Below are positions 27,371 through 40,514 of a stretch of DNA of 44,900 bases, in pieces. Within the stretch, counting starts at the first letter, position 1. Every line of letters begins with the position of its first letter. The DNA is from an uncultured Caldilineales bacterium. GTDB lineage: Bacteria > Chloroflexota > Anaerolineae > J102. The DNA is taken from positions 1-44,900 of the forward strand of contig CAZHTZ010000005.1 in NCBI GenBank assembly GCA_964535455.1, given 5' to 3'. A program made the translations under genes and the position numbers. The notes below the pieces were generated by a model that was not told where the DNA came from, made no database searches, and saw only the letters and a list, made by a program, of their open reading frames with translations.

Positions 27371-27946
27371 GTGTCCGCGACCTCCGCGCAGTTGCCCGAC
27401 CTGCAGTTCAATGTCTCGGGATTGCTCAAAAGCCCTATCGGCGGCACACGCAGCTATGAGTTGCGGGTGCCTGTCTCCGAGCTTGATCAGCTCGACGAGG
27501 GGTTTGACGTCAGCCAGTCCCTCGAAGGCAGCGTACGGCTGTTGCGGACAAACGAAACCGTCCTGGCCCGTCTGCGCGGCGCGATGGCAGTACAGCTCGA
27601 ATGCGGGCGGTGCCTGGAGCTGTTCGAGGCAGAGCTGGATATCGCCGTTGAGGAGGAGTTCCATCCCATCGTCGATGTCCTGACAGGCAGACCTCTTCAC
27701 GACACGGGCGACGATGCCGCCCTGGTCATCGATGAGCATCACATTCTCGACATGAGCGAGGTTGTGCGGCAAGCGATCCTGCTGGAGCTGCCACTCAGCC
27801 CGGTGTGTCGTGAGGACTGCGCCGGGCTCTGTCCCGTGTGCGGCGCCAACCGCAATTTTGAAGCTTGTACGTGTGCGCAGGAGGCCGCCAACTTACGCTG
27901 GTTGGGCCTGAGCGCACTCATCGACCTGCAAACCGACGAAAAATAG
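27371..27946 (+). CDS. yceD: YceD/DUF177 23S rRNA accumulation protein
   Basis: ECGRCL, P..PVCREDCAGLCPVCG.N.N...C.C; directly upstream of rpmF. Confidence 0.9.
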   Translation: MSATSAQLPDLQFNVSGLLKSPIGGTRSYELRVPVSELDQLDEGFDVSQSLEGSVRLLRTNETVLARLRGAMAVQLECGRCLELFEAELDIAVEEEFHPIVDVLTGRPLHDTGDDAALVIDEHHILDMSEVVRQAILLELPLSPVCREDCAGLCPVCGANRNFEACTCAQEAANLRWLGLSALIDLQTDEK

Positions 27947-27985
27947 CCTTTCAGGATATCAAGTTTTCCCAGGAGTTGACCACCC

Positions 27986-28183
27986 ATGACCCCACATCCG
28001 AAGCGCAAGCATTCCAAGGGCCGCCGCGACCGCCGTCGCGCCCACGATGCCCTGACCCTCCCGCACCTGATCACTTGCCCGAACTGCAAAAACATGCGAC
28101 CCCCGCACCAGGTTTGTCCGCATTGTGGGACCTATCGCGGGCGCACTGTGTTTGAGATCGAAGAACCAGGCGCCAAATCCTGA
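27986..28183 (+). CDS. rpmF: 50S ribosomal protein L32
   Basis: PKRKHSKGRRDRRR, CPNC...HQVCPHCGTYRG. Confidence 0.96.
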   Translation: MTPHPKRKHSKGRRDRRRAHDALTLPHLITCPNCKNMRPPHQVCPHCGTYRGRTVFEIEEPGAKS

Positions 28184-28212
28184 TCGCGAACGCCCGGTCT
28201 TGCCGCGTCTTG

Positions 28213-28247
28213 AAGGGAACGGGGTCGTCACCTCGTTCCCTTTTCTT
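28213..28247 (+). terminator. Intrinsic terminator after rpmF
   Basis: AAGGGAACGGGG (28213-28224) / CCTCGTTCCCTT (28231-28242) plus a T tract. Confidence 0.75.
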
Positions 28248-28297
28248 GCTCAAAGTACGCGCTGCCGGGCGCTGATACCCGAGAGTAAACGATCGTG

Positions 28298-29248
28298 ATG
28301 ACCCTTCCCGTCCTCCTGTTCCCTGGCCAGGGCGCCCAGCAGGTTGGCATGGGCGCTGACCTGGTCGCACATTCTCCAGCCGCGGCACACGTGTTCGCCG
28401 AGGCCGATGACACCCTGGGTTTCTCCCTTTCGAGACTCTGTTTCGAGGGTCCTGAGGAGGAGCTGACCGATACCATCAACGCCCAGCCGGCGTTGCTCAC
28501 TGCCAGCATTGCGGCCTTGCGCAGCCTCGAAGCGGTGCTGGGGCGGCCTCTGGCGGCCGCAGCCGCGGCCGGGCACAGCATGGGTGAATACAGCGCTCTG
28601 GTGGCCGCAGGCGCTCTGGACTTCGCGGAGGCGCTCCGTTTGGTGCGTGAGCGCGGGCGTCTGATGAAATCGGCCGATGAACTCGCGCCGGGCGGTATGG
28701 CTGCTATCCTCGCCCTCGACACACCGGTCATCGAGCAGATCTGCGATGAGGTGCGCGACCAAACCGGTCGTTTCGTCCACATCGCCAACGACAACTGCCC
28801 GGGTCAGGTCGTCATCTCTGGGGATGAACATGCCCTGATGCAGGCGATGGCTGCGTGCGAGAAGGCGGGCGCCCGCAAGGTGGTTCGGCTTTCTATTACC
28901 ATCGCTGCACACTCGCCGTTGATGGGGGCCGTCGAGGCCGACTTCGCGCAGGCGGTGCAGGCGGCGACGCTCTATCCACCGCGTTTCCCTGTGATCGCCA
29001 ACATCACCGCCCAACCGCTCACGACGGTGGTGGAGATTCGCAGCGAGCTGGTGGGGCAGTTGCAAAGTTCCGTGCAGTGGACCGGTTCGATGCAGTACCT
29101 GATCGACCAGGGGCATGAGGTCTTCTATGAGTTTGGTCCTGGCGGTGTACTCGCCGGCTTGCTCAAGCGCATCGACCGGCGCTTGCGCGGCATTCCCAGC
29201 GTGGCAACCTGGGACGATGTGCAGACGTTGGTAGCGCAACTGGCTTGA
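28298..29248 (+). CDS. fabD: Malonyl-CoA:ACP transacylase
   Basis: FPGQGAQ, AQPAL, GHSMGEY, AAHS, GPG..L.GL. Confidence 0.95.
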   Translation: MTLPVLLFPGQGAQQVGMGADLVAHSPAAAHVFAEADDTLGFSLSRLCFEGPEEELTDTINAQPALLTASIAALRSLEAVLGRPLAAAAAAGHSMGEYSALVAAGALDFAEALRLVRERGRLMKSADELAPGGMAAILALDTPVIEQICDEVRDQTGRFVHIANDNCPGQVVISGDEHALMQAMAACEKAGARKVVRLSITIAAHSPLMGAVEADFAQAVQAATLYPPRFPVIANITAQPLTTVVEIRSELVGQLQSSVQWTGSMQYLIDQGHEVFYEFGPGGVLAGLLKRIDRRLRGIPSVATWDDVQTLVAQLA

Positions 29249-29365
29249 CAGCCCTACGCAAACAGCGTATACGTAAGCCAGGACGCGCAAAATCGTCGTG
29301 ATGCCCATGTTGCCATGGGCGTGCACGCTCCTATCCGCTCACACTCCGCATGGCCTCAGGATCGT

Positions 29366-30112
29366 ATGTTCGCACTTGCAGGTAAGATCGCTCTTGTCAC
29401 CGGCGCCTCTCGCGGTATTGGCGCCACCATCGCCCGGCAGTTGGCCAGCGCCGGCGCCACCGTGGTCGTCAACTACAACTCGAATGCTGACGCAGCGGCG
29501 GCGGTGGTGTCAGATATCGTGGCTGCTGGCGGACAATCTGTGGCTCTTCAGGCCGATGTCAGCCAGACCGATGCCGCCAGCGAGCTGGTCAAGGCCGTGC
29601 AAAAGCAGTACGGAAAGCTCGATATTCTGGTGAACAATGCCGGCACGACGCGTGACAACGTGATCATGTTGATGAAGGAAGAGGACTGGGATTACGTCAT
29701 TGACACCAACCTGAAAAGCGCCTGGAATTGCTCCAAGGCTGCCACTCGCATCATGCTCAAACAGCGCAGCGGGCGCATCATCAACATCACCAGCATTGCA
29801 GGCATTGCGGGCAACGCCGGTCAGAGCAACTATTCCGCATCCAAAGCCGGTTTGATCGGTCTGACCAAGAGCCTGGCCAAAGAGATCGGTTCGCGTAACA
29901 TCACCGTCAACGCCATCGCTCCTGGCTTCGTCCCGACTGACCTGACGAACGCTATCATCGTGCAGATGAAGGACAAGATCATCGAGCATACCTCCCTGCA
30001 GCGTCTCGGCACCGCTGACGACGTGGCCGCGTTGGCGGTCTTTCTGGCATCGGACGAGGCCGGGTTCATCACCGGGCAGGTCATTGCCGTGGATGGAGGA
30101 ATGGTGCTCTAA
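29366..30112 (+). CDS. fabG: 3-oxoacyl-ACP reductase
   Basis: TGASRGIG, NNAG, GNAGQSNYSASKAG, ITGQVI.VDGG. Confidence 0.95.
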   Translation: MFALAGKIALVTGASRGIGATIARQLASAGATVVVNYNSNADAAAAVVSDIVAAGGQSVALQADVSQTDAASELVKAVQKQYGKLDILVNNAGTTRDNVIMLMKEEDWDYVIDTNLKSAWNCSKAATRIMLKQRSGRIINITSIAGIAGNAGQSNYSASKAGLIGLTKSLAKEIGSRNITVNAIAPGFVPTDLTNAIIVQMKDKIIEHTSLQRLGTADDVAALAVFLASDEAGFITGQVIAVDGGMVL

Positions 30113-30175
30113 CCTGGAGGGGCGGCGCTGGGCGTTTGTCCCTCATGGGTCCGTGCATGGTTGGCAGGACGAATC

Positions 30176-30541
30176 ATGGCTGACGATCAACCCCTAAGCG
30201 GCCGGGTGACCATTGCCCCGCAGGTTCTCACCACCATCGTGCGCCAGACAGCGCTCAGTACCGAGGGTGTGCTGCGTCTCGCCGGTCGTCTGCCGCGGCG
30301 GAGCCGGTTTGGCGGGCGCCGGGCGGTGGCGCCCGGCATTGAGGTGTTCGTGAGCGATGGACAGGTGCAGGTGGCCGTCCACATCATTGCCGACCCGGGC
30401 GCAAATATGCTGCGCCTGGCGGAGACATTGCAGACGGAAATCGCCCGAGCCATTGAGCATATCGTCGGTTTACAGGTTGCCAGCGTGAACGTAGCGATTG
30501 ACAACGTTGCTTTTGTGAGCGCTGGCGCCGTCCAACCATGA
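30176..30541 (+). CDS. Asp23/Gls24-family protein
   Basis: GRVTIAPQVL...VGLQVASVNVAIDNV; precedes nusB as in other monoderms. Confidence 0.85.
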   Translation: MADDQPLSGRVTIAPQVLTTIVRQTALSTEGVLRLAGRLPRRSRFGGRRAVAPGIEVFVSDGQVQVAVHIIADPGANMLRLAETLQTEIARAIEHIVGLQVASVNVAIDNVAFVSAGAVQP

Positions 30542-30987
30542 AGCAACGCCATCTCGCGCGCCGCATTGCCCTGCAGGTGTTGTTCGAGGTTGATCTTGCT
30601 CACCATATGCCCGGTGTTGTCTTGACCGAGCGTCTGGCCGATCAGGACGAGGTGCTGACGTCGGAAGCGACGGAGTTTGCCCGGCGTCTTGTCCACGGCG
30701 TCATCGTCTATCAGGCACAGTTGGATTCGGTGATTGCACAACACGCACCGGAGTGGCCGGTATCGCAGATTGCCGCCATCGATTGCAACATCTTGCGCAT
30801 GGCGCTTTGGGAGATCGGCGTGGATGGCACGCCGATCAAGGTCGCCATCAACGAGGCTGTGGAGCTGGCAAAGGAGTTCGGCTCGGAGGCCAGCCCGCGA
30901 TTCGTCAACGGTGTTTTGGGTGCGGCCACGCGCGACGACTTCGACATACGCCAGGCGCTCGCGCAGCCAGCGCGGGCGCACGAGTAG
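30538..30987 (+). CDS. nusB: Transcription antitermination factor NusB
   Basis: RHLARRIALQVLFE, ID.NILR, VAINEAVELAK.FG, FVNGVL. Confidence 0.96.
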   Translation: MKQRHLARRIALQVLFEVDLAHHMPGVVLTERLADQDEVLTSEATEFARRLVHGVIVYQAQLDSVIAQHAPEWPVSQIAAIDCNILRMALWEIGVDGTPIKVAINEAVELAKEFGSEASPRFVNGVLGAATRDDFDIRQALAQPARAHE

Positions 30988-30996
30988 CGTCCTGCG

Positions 30997-31485
30997 ATGT
31001 TCAATATCGGTATTGGCGAGCTTGTTTTTGTCGCTCTCCTTGCCCTTATCATCCTGGGGCCGGAGCGGCTGCCCCCACTCATGCGACAGCTCGGCGAATA
31101 CGCGCACGACCTGCGTGCGACCCTCAATCAGTTCAACAAGCAGTTTGCTGAAGAGCTCAAGCCCATCCAGGAGATACGCTCCCTGGTCGATGATCTGAAT
31201 CCCGCTCGCCAGCTCGGCAACGCCATGGATGTGATGCAGGTCCAGCCAACCATCGCCCCGCCCAGCGCGCCGGCCAAAGTGATGGCTGCAGCGGCAGCGA
31301 CGGCGGCGCTACCAACGGCCGCGTTTCCCAGTCCGTCGAATCCCATGGCTCAGTTGCGGGACTACATGGCCGCGCAGACAGCGGCGCCTGCCGTTGCGCC
31401 GGCGGCCGTTGGTTCACCCACCGACCAACCGTCCGGTGAGGTGGATGCACCGGCGCCGGCGCTGCCCTCAGATTCGGGCATGTAG
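30997..31485 (+). CDS. tatB: Tat translocase subunit TatB
   Basis: MFNIGIGEL...ILGPERLP; Ala/Pro-rich tail; directly before tatC. Confidence 0.85.
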   Translation: MFNIGIGELVFVALLALIILGPERLPPLMRQLGEYAHDLRATLNQFNKQFAEELKPIQEIRSLVDDLNPARQLGNAMDVMQVQPTIAPPSAPAKVMAAAAATAALPTAAFPSPSNPMAQLRDYMAAQTAAPAVAPAAVGSPTDQPSGEVDAPAPALPSDSGM

Positions 31486-31536
31486 GCCGTCCCTGTGTGA
31501 ACGGACCCTGTCTTTGGCAGTACGTACTGACCCGGA

Positions 31537-32298
31537 ATGGCGACCCACGACAACATTGCTCCCTTGATCGAACATATACGCGAGCTACGTGACCGTCTGC
31601 TGAAGGCTGTTGCTGCGTTGCTGGTGGGAGTGGTCATTGGTTTCATCGGGGCCAAGCGCTTTCTGGAGATCCTGATCGCACCACTGCAAGGGGAGAGCCA
31701 ACTGCAGCTTCTGCGGCCAACGGAAAACATCATCATCTACTTCAAGGCGGCGCTGATTCTCGGGGCCATCCTGGCGGCGCCTTTCATCATCTACCAGCTC
31801 ATTGCCTTCATCGTGCCGGGTCTGACGCCGAGCGAGAAGCGCATGCTGTACCTGGCGATGCCGCTCGCCTTCGTGCTTTTCGCGACCGGTGTGGCCTTCT
31901 GTGCCTTCTTGGTCCTGCCGTTTACGCTGCGTTACCTGCAGACTTTCCTCACCGACCTGTTCAAAGCGGAGTACTCTGTAGAGTACTACATGGGCTTTGT
32001 CGCGAACTTCATTTTGTGGGTGGGTGTCGCCTTTGAAACGCCGTTGGTCATTGCCCTCCTGGCGCGTCTTGGCGTCGTCAGCCCGCAGATGCTCGCCCGG
32101 AGCTGGCGTTACGCCATCGTGATTATCGCCGTGCTCGCGGCCGTGATTACGCCTACCCCCGATCCTTTCACGATGGGCATCGTCATGGTGCCCCTCCTGC
32201 TCTTGTATGCGCTGGGCCTGCTGCTGGCGCGATTCACCTATCGCTCGCGCTCATCGCCAGACGATGAGCCGGTCGGAGGCAAATCGGCAGGGGCATAG
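31537..32298 (+). CDS. tatC: Tat translocase subunit TatC
   Basis: EHIRELRDRL, FIVPGL...EK, FETP, AAVITPTPDP. Confidence 0.95.
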   Translation: MATHDNIAPLIEHIRELRDRLLKAVAALLVGVVIGFIGAKRFLEILIAPLQGESQLQLLRPTENIIIYFKAALILGAILAAPFIIYQLIAFIVPGLTPSEKRMLYLAMPLAFVLFATGVAFCAFLVLPFTLRYLQTFLTDLFKAEYSVEYYMGFVANFILWVGVAFETPLVIALLARLGVVSPQMLARSWRYAIVIIAVLAAVITPTPDPFTMGIVMVPLLLLYALGLLLARFTYRSRSSPDDEPVGGKSAGA

Positions 32299-32397
32299 GC
32301 CCAATCAGATCCGGTATCCGCTTACCACCTATCGATTCTCGCGCTCTGTGATGACAATACGCAGGGCGTCTTTATCTCTGGCAAAGGAGTTTCTTCG

Positions 32398-33720
32398 ATG
32401 GCGAAGATACGGCAACGCCTGCTGATCTTGGGCGCGGCAGGGCGAGACTTCCACAACTTCAACCTCTGTTTCCGGCATGATGACGGCTACGAAGTCGTCG
32501 CTTTCACGGCCACGCAAATTCCCAATATCGCCGGCCGCCTCTATCCCCCGGAGCTGGCCGGGCCGCTTTACCCTGCGGGCATTCCCATCTGGCCGGAGGC
32601 GGAGCTGGAGGAAATCGTCAGCCGCGAGCAGATCGACGAAGTCATCTTCGCCTATAGCGACGTCTCGCATGAGTACGTCATGCACCTGGCCGCCCGGGCA
32701 GTGGCAGCGGGCGCCAGTTATCGGCTGTTGGGCACCCGCAAGACCATGCTGTCAAGCAGCAAGCCGGTGATTGCCATCACTGCCGTCCGCACCGGAAGCG
32801 GCAAGAGCCAGACCACCAGACCCGTGACCGACGTATTGCGCACCCTGGGCAAGCGGGCGGTGGTCGTGCGCCATCCCATGCCCTACGGCGATCTCACAGC
32901 CCAGATCGTGCAGCGTTTCGCCAGCAATGAGGACCTGGACCAGCACCAATGCACCATCGAGGAGCGCGAGGAATACGAGCCGCATCTCGACCGCGGCCTG
33001 GTTGTCTATGCCGGCGTCGACTACGAACGCATCCTGCGGCAGGCTGAGGCCGAAAGCGATATCGTGCTCTGGGATGGCGGCAATAACGATACGCCTTTCT
33101 TCAAGCCCGATCTACAGATCACCGTGGTAGATCCCCATCGCGCCGGTCACGAGACGCGCTACTGGCCCGGTGAGGCCAATGTACGGATGTGCGATGTGGT
33201 CGTCATCAACAAGGTTGACACCGCCGATTTGGGCGACGTCACCACCGTGCGCGACAACGTCCGGCGCCTCAACCCGGACGTGCTTGTTGTCGAGGCGGCT
33301 TCCCCCATCTTTGTCGACGACCCGGCCGCTATCCGTGGCAGGCGCGTCCTTGTCGTCGAAGACGGACCCACCCTGACACATGGCGGGATGAGCTACGGAG
33401 CCGGGGTGGTGGCCGCACGTCGCTTTGGCGCTGCCGAGGTCGTCGATCCGCGTCCGTGGGCAGTCGGTACGATTGCCGATACCTTTGCCAAGTACCCCAC
33501 GACCGGCCCCGTGCTGCCTGCCATGGGCTACGGCGCCGCCCAGATCGCTGACCTGGAGGCGACCCTCAATCAGGTTCCGTGTGATCTCGTTCTCATCGCC
33601 ACGCCTATCGACCTGAGCCGCATCGCTCGCATCGACCACCCCAGCCAGCGGGTGCGCTACGAACTGCAGCCCATCGGCCAACCGACCCTGAGCGAGATTC
33701 TACAGTCTCGTTTCGGTTGA
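32398..33720 (+). CDS. COG2403-family P-loop protein (often annotated cyclic 2,3-diphosphoglycerate synthase; arginine synthetase ArcE-like)
   Basis: GAAGRDFHNFN, AFTATQIP, AVRTGSGKSQT, RHPMPYG, EEREEYE, WDGGNND, EDGPTLTHGGM. Confidence 0.8.
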   Translation: MAKIRQRLLILGAAGRDFHNFNLCFRHDDGYEVVAFTATQIPNIAGRLYPPELAGPLYPAGIPIWPEAELEEIVSREQIDEVIFAYSDVSHEYVMHLAARAVAAGASYRLLGTRKTMLSSSKPVIAITAVRTGSGKSQTTRPVTDVLRTLGKRAVVVRHPMPYGDLTAQIVQRFASNEDLDQHQCTIEEREEYEPHLDRGLVVYAGVDYERILRQAEAESDIVLWDGGNNDTPFFKPDLQITVVDPHRAGHETRYWPGEANVRMCDVVVINKVDTADLGDVTTVRDNVRRLNPDVLVVEAASPIFVDDPAAIRGRRVLVVEDGPTLTHGGMSYGAGVVAARRFGAAEVVDPRPWAVGTIADTFAKYPTTGPVLPAMGYGAAQIADLEATLNQVPCDLVLIATPIDLSRIARIDHPSQRVRYELQPIGQPTLSEILQSRFG

Positions 33721-33759
33721 TGTCTGTTGCACGCGGGGGTGGTCTCCGCGCCCCTGCGT

Positions 33760-34635
33760 CTATCGCCGACGGTTGGCCAGCCACACCCCCAGGAAAATCA
33801 ACGTCATCGCCATGATCTGGGACCAGTGCAGGGGCTCGTTCAAGAAGATGACGCTGTAGGTCACGGCGAACAGCGGGATGACATAGGTCACCATCGTCGT
33901 GGGCGTGGCGCCAATGCTTTTGAGCAGGGAAAAGTACATCAGATAGGCCAGTCCCGTCCCCAGCACGCCCAACCAGAGGGCTGAGAACCAGGCGAGTGGG
34001 GTGGGGTGCAGCGTCCAGGGCTGTTCAATCAGCAGGGCTGGGAGCAGCATCCACAAAAAGGCCAGGCTGATCTGGCTGGTGGACAACACTGCTGCCGGAA
34101 CCCCGTGCAGACGCTTTCGAGCAAAAACACTTCCAATGGCATAGCCCAAGGACGCGATGATAATGGCGATCTCGCCGGCCAGGCGATTGCCGCCGCTCTG
34201 GAGCAGGAGATCAGGGACGAAAAGCACCAACACCCCCACAAAGCCCAAGAGCACCCCTCCTCCCCGCCGCAAGGTCATGCGCTCATCGCTCAGGGCCAGG
34301 TGCGAAAGCAGGACGGCGAACAACGGAACCGAGCTATTGAGAATGGCAGTCAGGCTCGAGGTGATGAATTGCTCGCCCCAGGTGATGAGTGTAAACGGGA
34401 TGACGTTGTTGAAGAAGGCGAGGATGGCGATCGAGATGAGGAGGCGGCGCTCGCGCGGGAAGTGGAGACCTTGCCGCCAAAGCAGGGCCAGCATGACCAC
34501 GGACCCGAACAGCAGACGCAGGGTCACCAGGGTCAGCGGGTGGAACCCACCCTGCAGCCCAAGCTTGATGAACATGAAGGAGGAGCCCCAGATGGCGCTG
34601 AGGCCCACGAACAATGCTGCGTCGCGACGGGTCAT
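33760..34635 (-). CDS. EamA/DMT family transporter
   Basis: IWGSSFMFIK, PFTLITWGEQ; about 10 TM segments. Confidence 0.9.
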   Translation of the reverse strand: MTRRDAALFVGLSAIWGSSFMFIKLGLQGGFHPLTLVTLRLLFGSVVMLALLWRQGLHFPRERRLLISIAILAFFNNVIPFTLITWGEQFITSSLTAILNSSVPLFAVLLSHLALSDERMTLRRGGGVLLGFVGVLVLFVPDLLLQSGGNRLAGEIAIIIASLGYAIGSVFARKRLHGVPAAVLSTSQISLAFLWMLLPALLIEQPWTLHPTPLAWFSALWLGVLGTGLAYLMYFSLLKSIGATPTTMVTYVIPLFAVTYSVIFLNEPLHWSQIMAMTLIFLGVWLANRRR

Positions 34636-34789
34636 GCTGGACCTTGAGTGGCAACCGGTGTGGGCGTCGACACGTTCGGCCCTGTCTGGCGACCGTCCAT
34701 CCCACCCAGCGGATTCCCGGAATCATAGTGGGCGGCGGGCGGCGGCTGCAAACCCGGCGCGTCGGACCAAGCCTATGATCCTGGGATCG

Positions 34790-34798
34790 TGCTATAAT
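34790..34798 (+). promoter_or_regulatory. Putative extended -10 promoter for the CYTH-CHAD gene
   Basis: TG-C-TATAAT. Confidence 0.5.
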
Positions 34799-34897
34799 TC
34801 CCAGCATCCCGCGTTTGGTGGCCGGACAAGGATGAATGCCGGAGCTCGCCGTCCCATCAGTCCGAAGCGCATCTACTCGCGACGAAATGTGGAGAAC

Positions 34898-36532
34898 ATG
34901 GCAGTACATCGTGAGATTGAATGGAAGTATTGGATACCTGATGCCGAGGTGCTGCAGCGCTTGCTCCAGGCGCAGCAACTGGGCCCTTATGCCATTGGCG
35001 CCTTTCAGACCGGACGCGTCGTCGACACCTACTATGACACGCCTGACCGGTCATTTGCCGCTGCCGGTTACGCCTTCCGCTACCGGCAAATGGGTGAAGA
35101 GTCGGTGGTACAGCTCAAGACCCTGACCCCGCCACAGGATGGGGTCCACCGCAGGGTTGAGCTGCACCTCCAGACTGACGAACCCGCCCTTCCGGCCAAC
35201 TGGCCGCCTGGGCCTGCGCGTGACCTGGTCTTTCGCACGCTGCAGGACCAGCTTCTGGCGCAGCTTTTTCGCATCGAGCAACTGCGACACGTTGCCCCCC
35301 TGTCAGGGCCGGCCGGTCCGATCGCAGAACTCAGCCTCGATGAAGTCCGCTGGGTGAGCGCCGGCCGCGATTGCGAGGCATTTGAGTTGGAGATCGAGCT
35401 TGGAGAGGGCGAGGACGATCAAGCCTTGTTCGCCGTCACCAACGAACTGGAGACAGTCTGGCAGCTCCTTCCGCAGTCACGCTCGAAATACGAGCGCGGC
35501 CTTGAGTGGGTGTCGTCAATCGCTGCTGCCGAGGCTGAGACGACCCCCATTGCCTCCTCCGAGGCGCCGGAACGGCGCGAACCGCGCAAGCGACCTGGCA
35601 TCCCGTTTCAACTTGATGAGCCTGCCACCGCTCTCATTCATCGCATCATTGTAGTCCAAACCGAGAAACTGCACGCCAAGCATGCGAGCGTGATGAAGGG
35701 GGAGGATGCTGAGGCGGTGCATGATGCCCGTGTCGCCACACGCCGCATGCGCAGCGGCCTTTATTTCTTTGGGCCCTGGGCGCCGCGTCGCATGGCCAAA
35801 GACCTGCGCCGTGGGCTGCGGGATGCCGCCCGTGCTCTGGGATCGGTGCGCGACCTCGACGTGAGCCTCGCTTTCGTGCACGAGCACGCTCCCCAAGTCG
35901 CACCGGCGGCCGAAGAACCATTGCGCCGCTACCTGGAGGCCGAGCGCCGCCGCGCTCGTTCCGATCTGCTCAACTTCTACAAAGGACCCGGGTACAAGAG
36001 CCTGCAGAAGACCCTCAACCAGTTCGTCCGTGCCAAGGTCTCCGGCCGCACCAGGTTGGCAGATATCCTACCGGGACTGGTCAATCAGGCGACCACCGAG
36101 CTTCATGTCTTCCATGGCACGCTCGTCCCCGGCAGTCCGGTAGAACACCTGCACGCCCTGCGCATTGCCATCAAACACCTGCGTTATCTGCTCGAGTTCA
36201 CCCGTCATGCCGCCTATCCCGCCAGCGACCCGTTGATCGGTCTGATGACAGACATCCAGGAGGAGATCGGTCAGGTGCATGATGCGCACGTCAGCTGTCT
36301 TCTGGCTTTTGATCTTCTTCGTCGTTCCGATCTGTCTCTAAGCGCGGACGACCGCGACGCACTACTCGCCTATGGTCTTGCCCTGGGCCGCTACCGTGAC
36401 GAACGCGCCGCCCAATTCATCGTCGCACAGCCCCCACCACCCTGGGCGACATGGCTCGACGACGGCACGCAGGAGCAGGTGGCAGAAATTGCCGCTCTGT
36501 TGGGTGGCCATTTCGAGCGGGTGCAGGAGTGA
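34898..36532 (+). CDS. CYTH + CHAD domain protein (YgiF-like triphosphatase/polyphosphate-binding)
   Basis: CYTH: EIEWK, DTYYDT, ELEIEL, SKYERG. CHAD: VHDARVATRRMRS, LG.VRDLDV, LHALRI..K.LRY, IG..HD. Alternative start at ATG 34832. Confidence 0.9.
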   Translation: MAVHREIEWKYWIPDAEVLQRLLQAQQLGPYAIGAFQTGRVVDTYYDTPDRSFAAAGYAFRYRQMGEESVVQLKTLTPPQDGVHRRVELHLQTDEPALPANWPPGPARDLVFRTLQDQLLAQLFRIEQLRHVAPLSGPAGPIAELSLDEVRWVSAGRDCEAFELEIELGEGEDDQALFAVTNELETVWQLLPQSRSKYERGLEWVSSIAAAEAETTPIASSEAPERREPRKRPGIPFQLDEPATALIHRIIVVQTEKLHAKHASVMKGEDAEAVHDARVATRRMRSGLYFFGPWAPRRMAKDLRRGLRDAARALGSVRDLDVSLAFVHEHAPQVAPAAEEPLRRYLEAERRRARSDLLNFYKGPGYKSLQKTLNQFVRAKVSGRTRLADILPGLVNQATTELHVFHGTLVPGSPVEHLHALRIAIKHLRYLLEFTRHAAYPASDPLIGLMTDIQEEIGQVHDAHVSCLLAFDLLRRSDLSLSADDRDALLAYGLALGRYRDERAAQFIVAQPPPPWATWLDDGTQEQVAEIAALLGGHFERVQE

Positions 36533-36623
36533 GAGTCTCCTCAACTTTGCGGAAAAACTGGCGCTGCGGGCATTTGCCGCAACAATAGCCTGTGTGCCGC
36601 CAGATGCCAATCCTGTGCGTGGT

Positions 36624-39848
<3,225 letters not shown>

Positions 39849-40059
39849 GCGGCAGGGTTATCCCCCGTTGGACGCGGCCTCAAGTGCCGCAACGCCACAA
39901 CGGTCGATTCAGCTGGTTACAGCTGTTGAAATCGTTGCCTAATTCTTGTTTTCGAATGCTTTGACCGCAAACAGCCGCGGGTGACCGGGGATCGGTTGTC
40001 GGGATCGAGAGCCAAGACTACCATCGTCTCTCGGGCCGCGCGCAAAGATGGATAGTCGA

Positions 40060-40288
40060 ATGACCGATCTTATGGAGAAAGCCCTGGCGACCGTCCGAAC
40101 GTTGGACCACCGAGCAGCAGGACGAGGCGGCGGAGATCCTGCTGGCGCTGGGTCGGCTGGGTTCTGGCCCATACCGTGCCAGCGTTGCGGAGTTGAGCGC
40201 CGTGGATGAGGCGCTGGCCCAAGTCGAGCACGGCGAATTTGCGACCGAGGCGGAGATCGAGGCCGCCTATTCGCGATTCCGCAAGTGA
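40060..40288 (+). pseudogene. Frameshifted antitoxin of a RelE/ParE-type module
   Basis: MTDLMEKALATVR, then after one extra base near 40099: RWTTEQQDEAAEILLALG...AVDEALAQVEHGEFATEAEIEAAYSRFRK*. Its stop overlaps the toxin start (GTGA). Confidence 0.65.
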
Positions 40289-40497
40289 CCGCTCGCTACA
40301 GCGCCCGAGCCACGCGAGACCTCACCGATATTGCAGACTACTTGATTGGCCTCAGCCCCACGGGCCAGCTCGGTCGAACGTGGCATCCGCAGAACGATCG
40401 AACTGATTTGATCTTCTACGCGATACAGGGAGACCACGTCGTCGTACTCCATATCCGGCATGCGGCCCGCCGACCGGTTGATCCGAACGAACTGTAG
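40285..40497 (+). pseudogene. RelE/ParE-family toxin, internally shortened
   Basis: N-terminal YSARATRDLTDIADYL and C-terminal LIFYAIQGDHVVVLHIRHAARR are present. At 70 aa, the central helix/loop appears to be missing. Confidence 0.65.
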
Positions 40498-40514
40498 CTC
40501 TGCTCGGCCGCGCG

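Noticed and set aside
27238-27447. First 70 codons of the 1065-aa GH3 ORF
   Set aside because: They overlap yceD and the promoter; the signal peptide starts at ATG 27237.
29245-29273. Possible internal promoter before fabG (TTGACA-17-TATACG)
   Set aside because: The -35 overlaps the fabD stop codon and the -10 lacks the conserved final T; too weak to call.
27986-30112. No plsX/fabH/acpP in the rpmF-fab cluster, and no tatA beside tatBC
   Set aside because: Ordinary gene-order variation; they may lie elsewhere, which cannot be judged from this window.
34157-34897. Long N-terminal extension of the 791-aa ORF
   Set aside because: It is antisense to the EamA gene; the CYTH EIEWK motif and a TATAAT place the real start near 34832-34898.
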